Origin: Octopus sinensis
Lineage: Eukaryota
Reading direction: 5' to 3'
Assembly (NCBI RefSeq): GCF_006345805.1
Contig: NC_043020.1
Coordinates: 20,088,001 to 20,152,000, forward strand
Length of the DNA: 64,000 nt
How positions within the stretch are numbered: the first letter of the stretch is position 1; the number at the start of each line of letters is the position of its first letter. Under the pieces are notes generated by a model that worked only from the letters and a program-made list of their open reading frames with translations, ran no database searches and was not told where the DNA came from. Below, piece after piece: positions 25,833 to 39,900 of the stretch. Made by a program: the position numbers and the translations under genes.

Positions 25833-27889
25833 TATTCGATATAAATTCAAAAAATATTCTGTATAATATATTGTTTACAATTATAGAGTAATGACCAACC
25901 TTCATAAAATAAACACCATAATTTTGTTATTCCTGAGATCAGCAATAATAACACTATGGTGTTTACTTTACTACGGTTGGGCACTACTCTGATGTAACTA
26001 TAAATATTTTATACAGAAGTTTTTTAACACATTGGTAAAAGACACACATTTTAAAATGTGTATAAATTGCTGTGCTTACTTGAGTTTGTTGAGGCACTCC
26101 AACAATATGTATATTTCTAGGTGCAGGTATGGCTATATGTGGTTGAGAAGATTGTTTGCCAACCACATGTTCTCTGCTTCAGACTCACTGCAAGACACCT
26201 TCAGCAGGTGTCTGATGAGCTTTGTGAATGAGTTTGTTAAGATAGAAACTGAAAGCTGCAAATGGTTGCTTGTACTCTACAAACGTTGCTACAAAGTGTT
26301 GTCACTTCTGTTACCAAATCTTTCTTCATGCATCCAGTGCCTTATTAATACAAATGTAAAACAAATTGTCACCATATTATTTCTCACTAACAATGCTTTT
26401 GTTCCTAAAATACATGACATAAAATATATTCTTTCTTTTTACATCACGACCTGTTAACAGTAGTGTTTCCAACAGCCAATCATTGGTTCTGACAAAGAGA
26501 ATGGCAAAGGAATAAGTTACTGAACACAGCAAATGTTGCAAGGGAAACCCCACCATCTCCATTTTTTGTCTTTTGCTATCTTGGCAATGTTTTCTGAAAG
26601 ATTTTTGTTAATTTTACATTCACTGTTCTACATTGGCATGGGTTAGATATATTATTGAAGCACAGTTTTACAAACACATGCTTTGCTGTTTATCAAGTAA
26701 GAGATCCTTTATCTTTTACATCTTTGAAGCTGCAAAAATTTGTGGATTATTTGTTGACAGGGGAAAGGACATCATCACCACTTATAGAACAGCAATATTC
26801 ATAGAATGCAGGGGTAAACACACACACAATCAGTATTTAGGCTTCCACACATTCAATTATATTTCAAAAGATCCATATGTGAGTAAAGGAGTATTCGAGG
26901 CTTCTTGCTATAGTTTCGTTCCAGTATTTTTGAACACAGAGCACAAATGAGAAACAAGTGTGGAGATATATTTTTATATACTTCATTAATAATATATCAT
27001 AATAGATCATCTAAGGAAATATCTTATAAACAGATCATATCAAGTCATCAGTGATTGCATGTCAAATATAAATAACTTAGGGGCATGGTATAAACAAATA
27101 TAACTGCATATAAATAAATAAATATATATATACGCACGCACACTTGTATTTTAAACCCTGTCAGTCAGCAGCTAGTCTTAAGTCATCTGAGGGCTCATCA
27201 ACAGAGGGAATATGCTGTGTGATTGGGTATGAGTGTTGATGGGACGGCTATCATCTGTCAAGATGAAGCAATCATCATATATACATATATGTAAGGGCTT
27301 CTTTCAGTTTCCATCAACCAAATTCACTTGTGAGGCTTGGTCAGCCTGGAATTACAATAGAAGATACTTGCCAAAGGTGCTGCAAAACAGGACTGAACCT
27401 GAAACCATGTGGTTGAGAAGTAATCTTTTAACCACAGATGGAGGAAATTATAGAGGACCAAACTAGTGGATCAGATTATAAAGGTCTTGGAGAGAACTAT
27501 TGCACAATCGCCCCATGAAAAAGGTAGACCCAGATGAAATGCATCTTTATTAATGCTCAAAAGTATCATGGCTGCAAACTTCCTAGTGAAGCAACTGCAA
27601 AGTACTTGACTAAGTGTAATCCACTATTCCTGACATTCATCAACTTGAAGAAGGCATATCACAGGGCACTGTGTTCAAGAATTTGGAAGTCTCTAAGGAA
27701 ACTAGGCACTCTAAAAAATAACTAGGATACAAAATTTTCAGTAATTAGGAAAGAAGACCCTGATACCTTCAGAAAAACGGCCTTGCTCAATATGCAAAAA
27801 AGGAGGTAGAATAAACTACATATACTGTACCCATTGTAAGTTATGGGCACACAGGTGTAGTGGAATCACAGGTAAACGAACATAGAATG

Positions 27890-28400
27890 TAAGCTGGCAT
27901 AGATGTATTTAGCAAGGAAGGTAGTGGTTCTCACAGTATAACAGGTTAAACAAAGTTCAGGGAGCTACTGTCTCTGCCAGCAACAAAGGTCTTCTTGCTC
28001 AGAAGGGTAGATTGTACGTGTGTTAGAAGTGCAATGCTGCATAGTAATAAGACATAGGCTTCAGATGCAGAGGACTTGAGAAGACTGGAAAGAAATGAAA
28101 TGAGCAATGTAACTGTGCATGGATGACAGTACAAATGTGCTGAGGGAAAAACTGGGTGGAAGAGGTATCATTTGTAGGGTGTGGCATGGATGAGGGCAGC
28201 TGTATAAATAAGTGCCAATCACTTAATATGTGTGGAATTTGTGGAAGAGAGAGACCCAGGAATACATAGGACAAAGTGGTGAAGGCTGATCTCAGGACCT
28301 TGAACCACAAGGAAGAGATGACAAAGGACCAAGATGACTGGCAATATATGATTCTTGACAGCTGCTCTCCTCAGTGAAACTAAGTTCTGGAAGTGTGTCC
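27890..28400 (+). mobile_element. RTE LINE 3' fragment
   Basis: KFRELLSLP..KGLLAQKGRLYVCVRSAMLHSNKT.., homologous to 53370-53760. Confidence 0.7.
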
Positions 28401-28816
28401 AAAGCAATCAGGAGTCAGATGTAATAAGATTTGACAATGCTGGTATGGACATGGTATGTAATGTGTATGGCCAGAATGTCTGCATATGAAGTGCCAAGCA
28501 TCCCATTTAGACAGAACCTGTGGAATACATGGAAAGAAGCAGACAAGGTTGATCCCAAAAGGTTCAACCTTATGAAGGATGCCCTCTATCTTTATTTGTT
28601 TCAGTCATTAGACTGCAACCATGCTGGGGAGCCACCTTGAAGAATCTTTAGTCAAATGAATCGACCCCAGGATTTATTTTTTTGAAGCCTGGTACTTATT
28701 CTGTCACACTCTTTTGCTGAACCACTAAGTTATGAAGATGTAAACACACCAACAATGGCGGATGACAAACACAGACACACACACACACATATATATATAT
28801 ATAAAATATATATAAT

Positions 28817-28862
28817 TAACAAGGATGTACAGGTGTCAATTGACACCTGTACATCTTTGTTA
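28817..28862. repeat. Spacerless 46-bp palindrome
   Basis: taacaaggatgtacaggtgtcaa|ttgacacctgtacatctttgtta, with one G:T mismatch. Confidence 0.95.
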
Positions 28863-30841
28863 CTTATTTATAATCTGCTCACCTAACTTGGAATCTGCAC
28901 TTCGGAAATACTATGGAAAGTACCTTGCTAAAGTAGAAGATACTTAACCAACATGTCACACAGTAGAACTGAACCCAGAACCATGTGGTTAGGAAGCAAA
29001 CTTCTTACCACATGGCCATGCCTGCACATATATGACAAAGGACACCAACAAATGGTGAAGAGGTACTGGAGAAAACTTGCCCAACATATGCAAACATAAA
29101 ACGATGCTGGTGATGATGATGAAGGTTAGGGTGTATTTGGGTCTCTCCTAACTAGTATGTTCATACTGTTGCCTTGCCACCCACCATCTTTGTTACATTC
29201 TCCTTTTCATTACTCCCCTCTCGGTTTCTACTTCTCGTGACATCCATTATTCTGCCTTAGCAAATTCTGAGTCAAACACACATTGGAGGTATCTAATATT
29301 TACACAAAATCTCCCTTACCCTTGTAGTTTCCATTCGATTACTTTATCCCAACATCTATCATGTGGCTATAGATAACTCTCTCTCTTCTACCACCTTCTT
29401 GCACCTATCATTCTCTATTACCCTCTTCTGCTCTTTCCACTTAGTTGTATGTGAAAGATAGGAACAAACAGAAAGAAAATTTTCTGTAGCTTTGCTGAGG
29501 GTAACACAATCTCCTTAGTGCTGGTGAATAATCAGTGACAATGTAGAGGACCAAAGCAATTCCCTTGTGCTTATGCCATGATAAAATACACCCAGTATGT
29601 TCCTGTGAAGTGGTTGGCAATAGGAATCATAGTAATTGTGCAAAATGTAATATACAAATAAGATATGGTTCCTAGCCAGTCTAAGAAGACAGTAACTCCA
29701 AATAAATAAGAACAGACTCTGGCCTTAAGAAACTCACCGTCTCTTGTCGACATGAAGAAACTGATATTTTACATGAATGCTTACATCATACATGTGTATA
29801 AAGATTTACCATCCAAAAATAAATCCACTGAACAACAAAAAAGAAAATAGAAAAGAAAGAATGAGGAAAAGATACCTACAAAAAATATGTAGGAAAATAT
29901 CTTAGTTAAATAAAAGACTGTAAGGTGTGGCCAAACTATTCAAGCAGCAAGATTTCTTCTGCCATAAACTCAGTTGTAATAAATGTGGACTGAAATACTG
30001 GCAGGATTTGAGATGATCATGTTAATATAATCTAGTAAATAGAATGTTAACTGGGAAATAGACTGGAAGGTAAATTTCCTTACTAGTAGCTCAGATTTGA
30101 TCAGAACACAGCAGATAAAATTATGACTAGTTTTGAGCTCATGAAAGGGAGCCTATACCAGGTTGTTTGACATGTTAGAGATACCAGCCGAATCTGAAAA
30201 AGATATGACAATGTAGTCATACATATTAAAAAAAAAAAAGGTAGCATAGTGATGAGTGGAACACCTTTGATAGTAGGCTTGCTTGAACTGGACTAGCAAG
30301 AGAGCTAAACCACTTCTCCACCATCAAACACAACCACACCTAGAGTACCAATTCAGAAGTAGGTCAGTTGATGCAGCAGTTGATGGGTTGAAAGAACTGT
30401 CATAGCTTTGATAATGTGAGTAATGGTTGACTGATGTGATTGTGTTGGATTCTTAGTTAAATTAACCAACTATGTTAAATTAACAAATCAATGCTTCGAA
30501 AATTCTTGAATCATTTAAAATAATATTTAAAGACTTCAACCATTTAACAAGCTTTAATTACAGAATTTTAGTCATAATTCATGCAAAAATTATCAAATGT
30601 TTTCATTATAATTCCAGATTAACAAAGCTGTAAACATAAGAGAGTCTCTGTACACTTCAAGGCTTCACCAATTCCAGCCAAACACATTTATATATGGGTG
30701 TGCATCTGAGAGGAGGCTTGTGTATGTTGGCCATATCTGTTGTGGGATAAATATATGTGAGATATGTGAATGCATATTGTGTGTCTGTAGGAGTGCATGT
30801 TGTGAGCATGAGCGGCTGTAAAAGGACAAAGTTCAATGCCA

Positions 30842-30975
30842 CTATGTAACCATATCAGCACCAGCTTCTCCTGTTGGATCACTAAGCACCAAATCTTCCA
30901 GCATCTCTTGAAGACTGATCTTTGGCAACCCTTCATCCTCAATATCATCCAAGTCCACAGGTGTTTTGGTTTTGT
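30842..30975 (-). CDS. NMD3: NMD3 terminal exon: DKTKTPVDLDDIEDEGLPKISLQEMLEDLVLSDPTGEAGADMVT*
   Basis: Acceptor tatttgtag; TAG stop; leucine-rich NES-like ISLQEMLEDL. Confidence 0.96.
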
Positions 30976-33900
30976 CTACAAATAAAGAAACAAATATCAT
31001 TAAAAACAACAGTAAGTTCTTGGCACAATTCTCCAGCATCAAAGTTCTTCTGAAGAAGGATGGTTGTAAAATGCTGGACTGACCAAGAACGTTGGAGAAA
31101 GGGGGGTTCAAACACAACTAGATTTACATTATTTACAAGACACCTGATGAAGGCTGGAGGGTATATCAGCCGAAACATTGTGTTAATAACAAACAAGATG
31201 AGGACAAATATCCGTCGAATGTAAATGATGTACATAATTCCTCATCTCTTAAATATAAAACAACTATATTTGTTTTTATTATATATCATTTGTTCAAGAA
31301 CACAACACAAAACTGCATTTCCCCAAATGAGAATGCCTCTATGAGGTTGCCAGCCCATCTAGAAAAAGCAGCCAAATCTCCTCCAAATTATATTCTACCA
31401 TCTTAGAAAAAAGAAATACACACTAAAAGATGGCCAGGATCCAGATTTAAACACTTTTGATCAGAATTGACATGAAACTATACAACTTTCTCGGGGTTCC
31501 AGTTATACACTGCAGTTGGTGGATTGTGGAGAAAAAAAACCCTGTTCATTATGCAAATATACAAGTTTGGAAAAGAAAGAAAACAGCACAATATTCAGGT
31601 TATGTTGAGAGAGAGAGGTGGATAGATAATGTTCAATATCATGTAGTGCGGCATTTATGAGCTAAAGGAGTTGAATTTGATATGTGTATGTATATTTACA
31701 TACAAATACATATATGCACACACACATGTACTAGTAATATACTGAGATACAGTTAATAGTCTATTTGATAAATAGATTTTTACAAAAATTTGAAAAAAAT
31801 ACTTTCAGCTATACCCTTTCATTACCGGCCAGCTAATTACTACCAGTCACTACAGAATATTAAAGTTCTTGAGGTTAGTTAAATTTATATCAAAATATCA
31901 ACATAGATTCCATAATTGCATTGTGAAGTCACCATAAAAAAAAATATATTTTACTCTGATAAACTCTTTTCTATTCTTTCCACATCCTTTCTACAATTTA
32001 ACTTTTTTGAAATATGGATACCAGCTTCAGATTCAGCTGTTGCAACTTGGAATTCTAAAGAAGCAACAGTTGCAACAAGTGTAACTGTTAACAGAGTAAG
32101 ACGTTGCATGGTATGCTTCCCTCATTGTCATTATAATGACGATAATGATGATAGTATTTAATTCAGGCCATCATCTTGGAAAAAGAGAAATCATCATCAA
32201 CATGTCCACTTTTCCATACTTGCATCGGTCAGATGGAATATGGCTGAATGCCCTTCCTGTTGACAACCTTCACCAATTTTCAAGCAAGGTTAATATTCCC
32301 TATAAGAAGACATTCTTACACAGGAAATTAGAAATGCAAGACACTGCTTGTGTAACAGTGATGCTTGCTTAAAAATCCACCATGTAACCAAATGATCTGC
32401 CAGAATATCAGATATTACACATTGCTGGTCACAATACATTTTGCACAGTTCTAGCCTTCAAATGATGCCATCCTGCTGGCCAACATTCTCCCCTGATCAA
32501 AAAGAAGGATGGAGGAACATGAAGTGCTTTGCTCAAGAACACAATGCACTGCCCAGTCTGGGAAGCAAACCCACAACCTGGAAATCATGAGTGCAACAAC
32601 CTAACCACTAGGCCATGTGCCTTCACTTGTTTACAAATATTATGCAATAAATCAACTCCTGAATCTTTGGCTGAACTGGGGCTAAATAGACAACACTTAA
32701 TATTACACTGGTCAACAGCCAATTTTCATCAGGGATATTATATGGTGTGCTTTATGTAGTTTTGTCTGCAGATTTCAAAAATAAGTGCGTAATTTATCAA
32801 GGATGAAAGGCAAAGTGAAATTTGAATTCAGATGGGTGAAATATCACTACCCCAATGTGTTAACAATTCAGCCAGCGCACTGCCTAAATAATAATAATAA
32901 TAATAATGGTTTCAAATTTTGCCACAAGGGCAGCAATTTTGGGGGAGGGGATGAATCAATGACATCAACCCCAGTGTTCAACAGGTACATATTTTATCAA
33001 CCCCCAAAAGGATGAAAGGCAAAGTTGACCACAGTGGAATTTGAACACAGAACAACAGGTGAAATAAATAATAATCATGATAATGATAATAATCCAGTTG
33101 GTGTTAGAATTTTTAGTTACCCATGAATATGTTCACATTTTGTCTGTAACCATCATCTTCTTCCAAATCTTCCAGAAATTCAGTATATGCACTGCAAAAA
33201 ATTTATTTTTAATGATTATTAGAAAAGAAAACAATAAAAATTGAAAATAAAATGATATTTAAACAAAAAAAAAAAAAAAAAAGATGTAAAAATATGAAAT
33301 TTGGATTCTGTACGGGAGGAGGATCAGTCTGATTAGAAATTGTTTTGGTTGTCTAATAAGATTGTATTGTGTCCTTAAACAAAACTTATAACTCTTCATA
33401 GAGCAGTCAAACTAACTGAGAAGAGGTACAAGTTACCCCAACTTTCATGTTTGAAAATGAAAATCAAAGAAGTCATCCAACTAGAAGAAAAAAAATCATT
33501 TGCACAAAAAAATTCATTCACCAATATCAAACCAATTGCAAACACATAAATTGAACAAAACAAAATAAATGAATTTACTAAATGCAAACACCAGCATAAC
33601 TATAGAAAAAGTTAAATGACTGAGCACATGGGTTACTAAACTACAGTATATGTGATGGGCATTAATATTCATCCTAGTATGGTAACAACAATACTTTATA
33701 CCATCAAATCACGTTGACCATTTTGGTATCAGAAAATTTAACCGTTTAGCATTCGAATTACTGTCAAATATAATGCTTATATATTCACATCATCTTAACC
33801 CTTTAGCATTTAAACCAGTCAATCTAGCCAAGATATTCAATGTGCTTTAGGCTCAAACTGGCCGGAGCCTGCTTCTTGCACCTACCCTACAATGTCATTC

Positions 33901-36900
33901 TAAAAATAAACAGTCACATTATTGAAATTTCAAAGTTACAAGACTATGCATGAATAATTCAAAACAATGTGCATAAATAAGCATTACATTTGACAGAGTA
34001 ACCAATGCTAAAGGGTTAAATTAATCATACATTATTTCATAGGTTTGAGGTTTTGAGGATTGATTTGTAAAATGACTGTGAGGTAGGTGTGAGAGGCTAG
34101 ATCTGTCCAGTTTTAGCATAAATAAGGTAGAATATTTGGGTCGGATATGGCTGGTTTAAATGCTAAAAGGTTAAAAAAAAACTGTCTCTCCTATTTCAGA
34201 TACACACATATTCACATCAGATTTGACCCTGAAAACATGTGCATTGTCATACTTATTGTTACTGTCAACATATTTTAAGCCACCATAGAGTAATCAAGAA
34301 GAAGACAAAGAAGCTTGTCACCACTGTCATTATTGTTTGACATCCATTTTCCATGCTAGCATGGGTTGAATGGTTTGACAGGATCTGGCAAGCCACAAGG
34401 CCATGTTGGGCTCCAATGTCAGCTTTGGCTAAAGTTTCTATGCCATTCTTAAGGCCAACCACTTTACAGAGTGTACAGGATGCTCTTCCTAACACCAACC
34501 ACTTTGAAGAGTTGGATACTTTTTCTATGCTACCAGGACTAGTGAGGTTGCAGGTTACTTGCATGACAGAAAAACAAGAAGAGGAAAAGGGAAAAATTCC
34601 CACAACTAAATGAGGGAGTATTTGAAAGAGGGAGGTGGATTTATGCTGGATGTTCAAAGGCTAAAGTAAGATAGAGGGATAGGTACATACACCTCACTAT
34701 AAAAGATACGTGGCTAACCCTATAATAGGGGTGAGTAGGAATAGTTGAGGAGGGAGATAAAGGAAGGAAGCAATGAAGTGTGAGAGCAAACTCTCAAGAT
34801 ACAAGTTGAACATAAGAGAGGATAAGGACAGTGGATCATGGGAGGGGGAGTGGATGCTTTCGTAGATGGTGAAAGAAGAGGGTGGAAGTAATGGTTGAGG
34901 AAAATACAAGCATAAAGAGGTACAAGGTGAGAGGAGAATAGATCAGAAATTATGGCATGATATGCAATGTATAGGAGCAGTGGAGAGGGAGATAAGTCTT
35001 GCCTGCAATATGATATAATCTTGCATACAAGATGTGTGAATCTCTCTCAAACCTACAACTAGCTATCCCTGCCACAGTTAACAACACTGCTACAATTTAT
35101 ATTCTATCAAAAGCTGATGAAAATAATTCCTTAATGCCAGCTTTCTGTAGTATATAAAATGATAAATGGAAAAATATTTGTTTAATGAGTGATAAGAAAT
35201 TTTATATAATGTCATTAGAAGCCACAAAAACTGTATTAGTTTTAATTTTGAAATTTACAGACTGAGTATTAAATAGTTTCAAAAGGAAGCAATGAAGCTG
35301 CAATCATCAGTTCGTATTAGAGTTGTAAGCATTATATTGGGTTGGCAAGAAAGTAATTTCGTTTTTTTTAATGACTTTTGTCAATGTCATGATTTTTCCC
35401 TTTGACATTTGATAGCCGTTACTTTTAGCTTACTTTAGAAGCAAAGTGCACATAAATTTCAATTTTAACATGGAGTGCAAAAGCAAACATTTACACTATA
35501 TTTTGCTTTTTTATTTCCATAAAGATCTGAAATGGTTTTAAAAAATTCCAGTCTGCAGATTTTCTTTTACTCAAAGATGGCCAACTTTCTGGTCGACCTA
35601 CTGAAGTTGATGATGACTGAATCAAAATCATAATTGAATCTGGTTGTCATATAACTGCGTGAGAGATTGCAGTCAGGTTAAATGTATCACACACAACAAT
35701 TGAAAATCACTTCAAATGCCTTGGACTTGTTAAGATATTTGGGCACCACATAAATTGAAAGAGATTCACTTAACATAACAAATAAATATTTGCAATATGC
35801 ATCTCAAACACAATGAAATTGACCTTTTTTCAAATGAATCATCACTGGTGATGAAAAATGGATTGTCTACAATAACATCAATCAAAAACAATCATCGTCC
35901 AAGCGTAATGAACTAGCACACATCACATCAAATGCTGATTTGCATAAAATGAGGTCATGCTGTCAATTTGGTGGGATTACAAAGGTGTTGTGTATTTCAA
36001 GCTGATTCCAAGGAACCAAACAATTAAAATGTTTGCTTCGTCCAGTTTCATTAATTGTTGGCAGTAATCAAAGTAAAATAGTTAGCATTAGCAAATTGTA
36101 AAGGAATTGTGTTCCACTGTGACAATGCTAGACCACACACATCTTTGCTAACTCATGAAAAATTATTGGAGCTTGGTTGGGAAGTGATGTCACATCCACC
36201 ATATAGCACCATCAGATTACCATTTATTTCAAAGTTTTCAAAATTCTTTGAATTGTAAAACTTTCAATAATGATGATGACTTGAAATCACACATGCTTCA
36301 GTTTTGGGCTGATAAGGACCAGAAGTTCCATGAGCATGGAATCATGAAGTTGCCAGAAAGATGGCAAAAGGTCATCAAACAAAATGGAAAATAAATAATT
36401 GATTAAAGTTCATTCTTTGTATGAAAACAAAATTACTTTTATCTCACACTAAAAAACCGAAATTACTTTTTTGCCAACCCAATATTTTGTCTCCTCCCAC
36501 TGCCTTCCCTATTTTGGAGAGAGAAAACATTTTTCGGCATATGAAAAAGAATGAAAAAAAAAAGAAAAACTTACATTCCATCACTTGAAGAATCAACAAG
36601 ATCAGGGAGAACGTGTTTCAGTTTCCAGTTGCGTTGACGATTTCTCTTTGTGCGATTATACAACTTCTTCACCAAAACCTACCGAAAAGAAACATTGAAC
36701 AAAACACATTCATGTCATAATTAATAATTATATAAACTTGAGGCATAAAACATCACAGCTATAACACAGGGAGAACATGACGGTGTAGTGGTCATGCTAT
36801 AATAATGTACATTAGTGCAGTAAATTATTTGAAGTAGCTACAGGAACAATATTTGTGAGAGTAAGGCATTGGATAAACTGATCACAGAACTTTGTTTACT

Positions 36901-39900
36901 CCAGTTTCCACTTGCATGACCCTCCTTCAATTAGTTTGTGAAGGAAAAGGTTTTCAGTTGTAAAAACAATTACTCCAATGAAAGTGTCATAAACCAGTTC
37001 AAAGAAGGCTTTTATTCAAACTTTATTTCTGCTCACTGTCTAATCCGTTAATCATTGCTGTCCAATGATTAAGATGCATTGTTTTATATTAAGTAAAGCC
37101 AGTAACCATCTATCAACATCATTCAACACTATGCCAAATCTTCATACTCAATACAAAGTAAGTTATCTATATTTTTATCTATTATTTACTATTGTGGAAA
37201 GGATTTAATGATAGGATATTATAATTCATAACAAAAAGCATAAAAAATGACTGGTTAAAAATCAAGAACAAAAACTAAACCATATCCCACTCTAATTTCC
37301 ACTCTAAAGTCTTCATTTTTTTTTCTGATTTGTTTTGTTACTATTTTACATCCATATTTCGAGCTGCAAAATGGTTTGCAAAATGGTTTTGTGGAAACAA
37401 TTGTGAATTAACCCTTTAGCATTCCAAATGTTCAAGCAAATGTAATTAATGCTTTCTCATTTGCAATGTTTTTTTAATTAATCATGTATTATCTCATAGC
37501 TTTGAAATTTCAATGATGTGATTGTATATTTTTAGAATGGCATTGAAGGGTATGTATGATAGGCTGGATCTGACTGGTTTAAATGTTAAAGGGTAATCTG
37601 TTGCAAACGAAACCCCCCTAAAGAAATATAGATATGTAGCCTACACAATGACAGCGCATGTGAAGTTAACATTCACTAGCTCTGGATGTTAACCTCAAAG
37701 CTATAATGTTACTAGTCTATTTAACAAATCATCATTTTGCTGTGTAAAAGAAAAAAAAACTGTCCCTTACCACATCAGGTACCCTGTCTTTTTTCATATT
37801 ATCAAAATCTGAGTTATTCACATTAGAATTTACCAAATGAAATCTGAATAGGAAATAAAAATGGGAAAAAATCATTATCATACAAACAATTTTTTAACAT
37901 GATCCAATTAACTTTTTCATTACCAACCTACCCAAAACCACTCTAAAGTTTCTTTGGCTTTACAAGCTTCCAATATAGGAATATTGTGTGTGGGGGGAGG
38001 GGGGGTAATTTGATTTTATAAATATATTTTTTCAAATTCACCTCATTTAAAATTTTTTTTACTTGTAATTTTAATTCACCTGTAAAAGTGACAAATTCTG
38101 ATTAATTTGACTTGTCAATCATTCTATATATTTCTGTACATTTACATATGGCAGTGTGTTTTTCTAGTTTCTTCAATAAATTCCACTACTGCATTCTATT
38201 TTTACCTTTATGATATACCTGTCTTTATGTGTATTTAAGTTCAACTGATTGAAAATAAACTAATAATTTTCACAATTCTATTTATAAATTTTGCTGTATA
38301 CTCAACTGAATATTAGCTAATAACTCCTTTTCTATGATGATGTTTAAACAAAATTTTAATAATTTTATATCTCATTGAATTTACCTCTATTTACATGTAA
38401 CTTGATTTGCTTTAAGACAAATTATGCAATAGATTTGGTTAAGAACCTTTTGCTAAATTATGTTCCAAAAATCACAAATATGTCAATAAATAAAAAGCTA
38501 GCCTAAATTCACAATCATACTAGAACTTAATTGCAACAGGTAAGGAGTATATTTTGGTGAGAAATATAGTAATGAAAGAATTAATCATTATTTTTAGGTT
38601 AAACCTATATTGTTGTCTTCTCTAATATATTCCACACCAAAACAATCAGGGATGGCAAGAAGAATCACAAAGGTTTTAGGACAGTAGAGATGGTCTGTGT
38701 TGGTACAAATTCATTCAGATGTAGAAACAATAATGCTGATATTATTGTAAGAAGGAAATCTAATCTTTCAAGCAAAATGCTATGATATCTTGAAATCAAA
38801 TGCAGTAACAAGAATTTTTTTTTAAACAAACATACAAACTAGTGTAGTACTATTCCCAGCAAAGTACAGAATATAATTACTTCAACATATTATTTTTAGA
38901 GATTATACCTCATCTTCTCAGATAATATTAGCCTTCTTCATGTGCCATTTATGAAACCTAATTTCCTCACATCCAATCTCTTAAATAAAATTCCAACATA
39001 GAAGTTGGTAACATTGACGATATCTAGTTTTTAAAAAATGCAAAGTAAGATTAAGAAAACAGGAAAAATATTTGTACAAACCCTAACACAGAATCTCCAG
39101 GGTGAAGAGTATGTCCAAGATGAGTCTTACAATAGTACTGCTGGTCATTAACACCAAGATCATTAGTACGAGCCACCCACACTTCTGAGAGAACATGCTG
39201 GAAAGAAATTTTCAATTGAGTGTGTTTTGAGTCATCATATAAGACTAATTCAATATGTCAATTTCTGAGAAATTAAACTTTCTTTACCATGCTCTGTCGA
39301 AATACACTGACTTTTTTGTATCAATTAATTTTGAAAATGACAAAGAATTTAGTAAAACAAGTGTCATTATTAACCCTTTAGCATTCAGATTACTCTGTCA
39401 AATGTTTACTTAATTGTTTTGAATTAATCATGCATTATCTTGTAGCTTCAAGATTTTGATGATGCAACTATTTTTATTTTTGGAAAGCTGTGAGAGGCTG
39501 GAACTGGCCAGTTTGAATGTAAAACAGGTAGAACATTTAGGTCAGATATGACCAATTTAAATGCTGGTGTTTGAAACACAAATTAGTATCAAATTTTGAT
39601 TTTTGGTAAGAGGTTCTAATTTACATCACTTTAAAACAGGATGCTTGTATCACCGAAGCAGAAGCAATCTCAGGCATTCATCATCATCATCATTAACGTC
39701 CACTTTCCATGCTGGCAGGAGCTGGCTAGGCAGAAGACTGCACCATGCTTCACTGTCTGTTTTGGCATGGGTCTTATGGCTGAATCTTCTTTCTAACACC
39801 AACCATTCTGCATTCTGGTACAAAAAGGGTTAGCAGTGCCAATGGGAAATATTTTGGTCTGTTAACTTCAATTTATTAGCTTAAGTTTTGATAACTGACT

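Noticed and set aside
26032-26457. 141-aa plus-strand ORF, with neighbours at 26633 and 23574
   Set aside because: No recognisable motif, no splice-compatible partners, and composition typical of chance ORFs in AT-rich DNA.
29720-29762. Minus-strand microexon-like cag|tttcttcatgtcgacaagagacg|gtgagt
   Set aside because: A good donor but an isolated 23-nt segment with a weak pyrimidine tract and no supporting exons; not enough to call a third gene.
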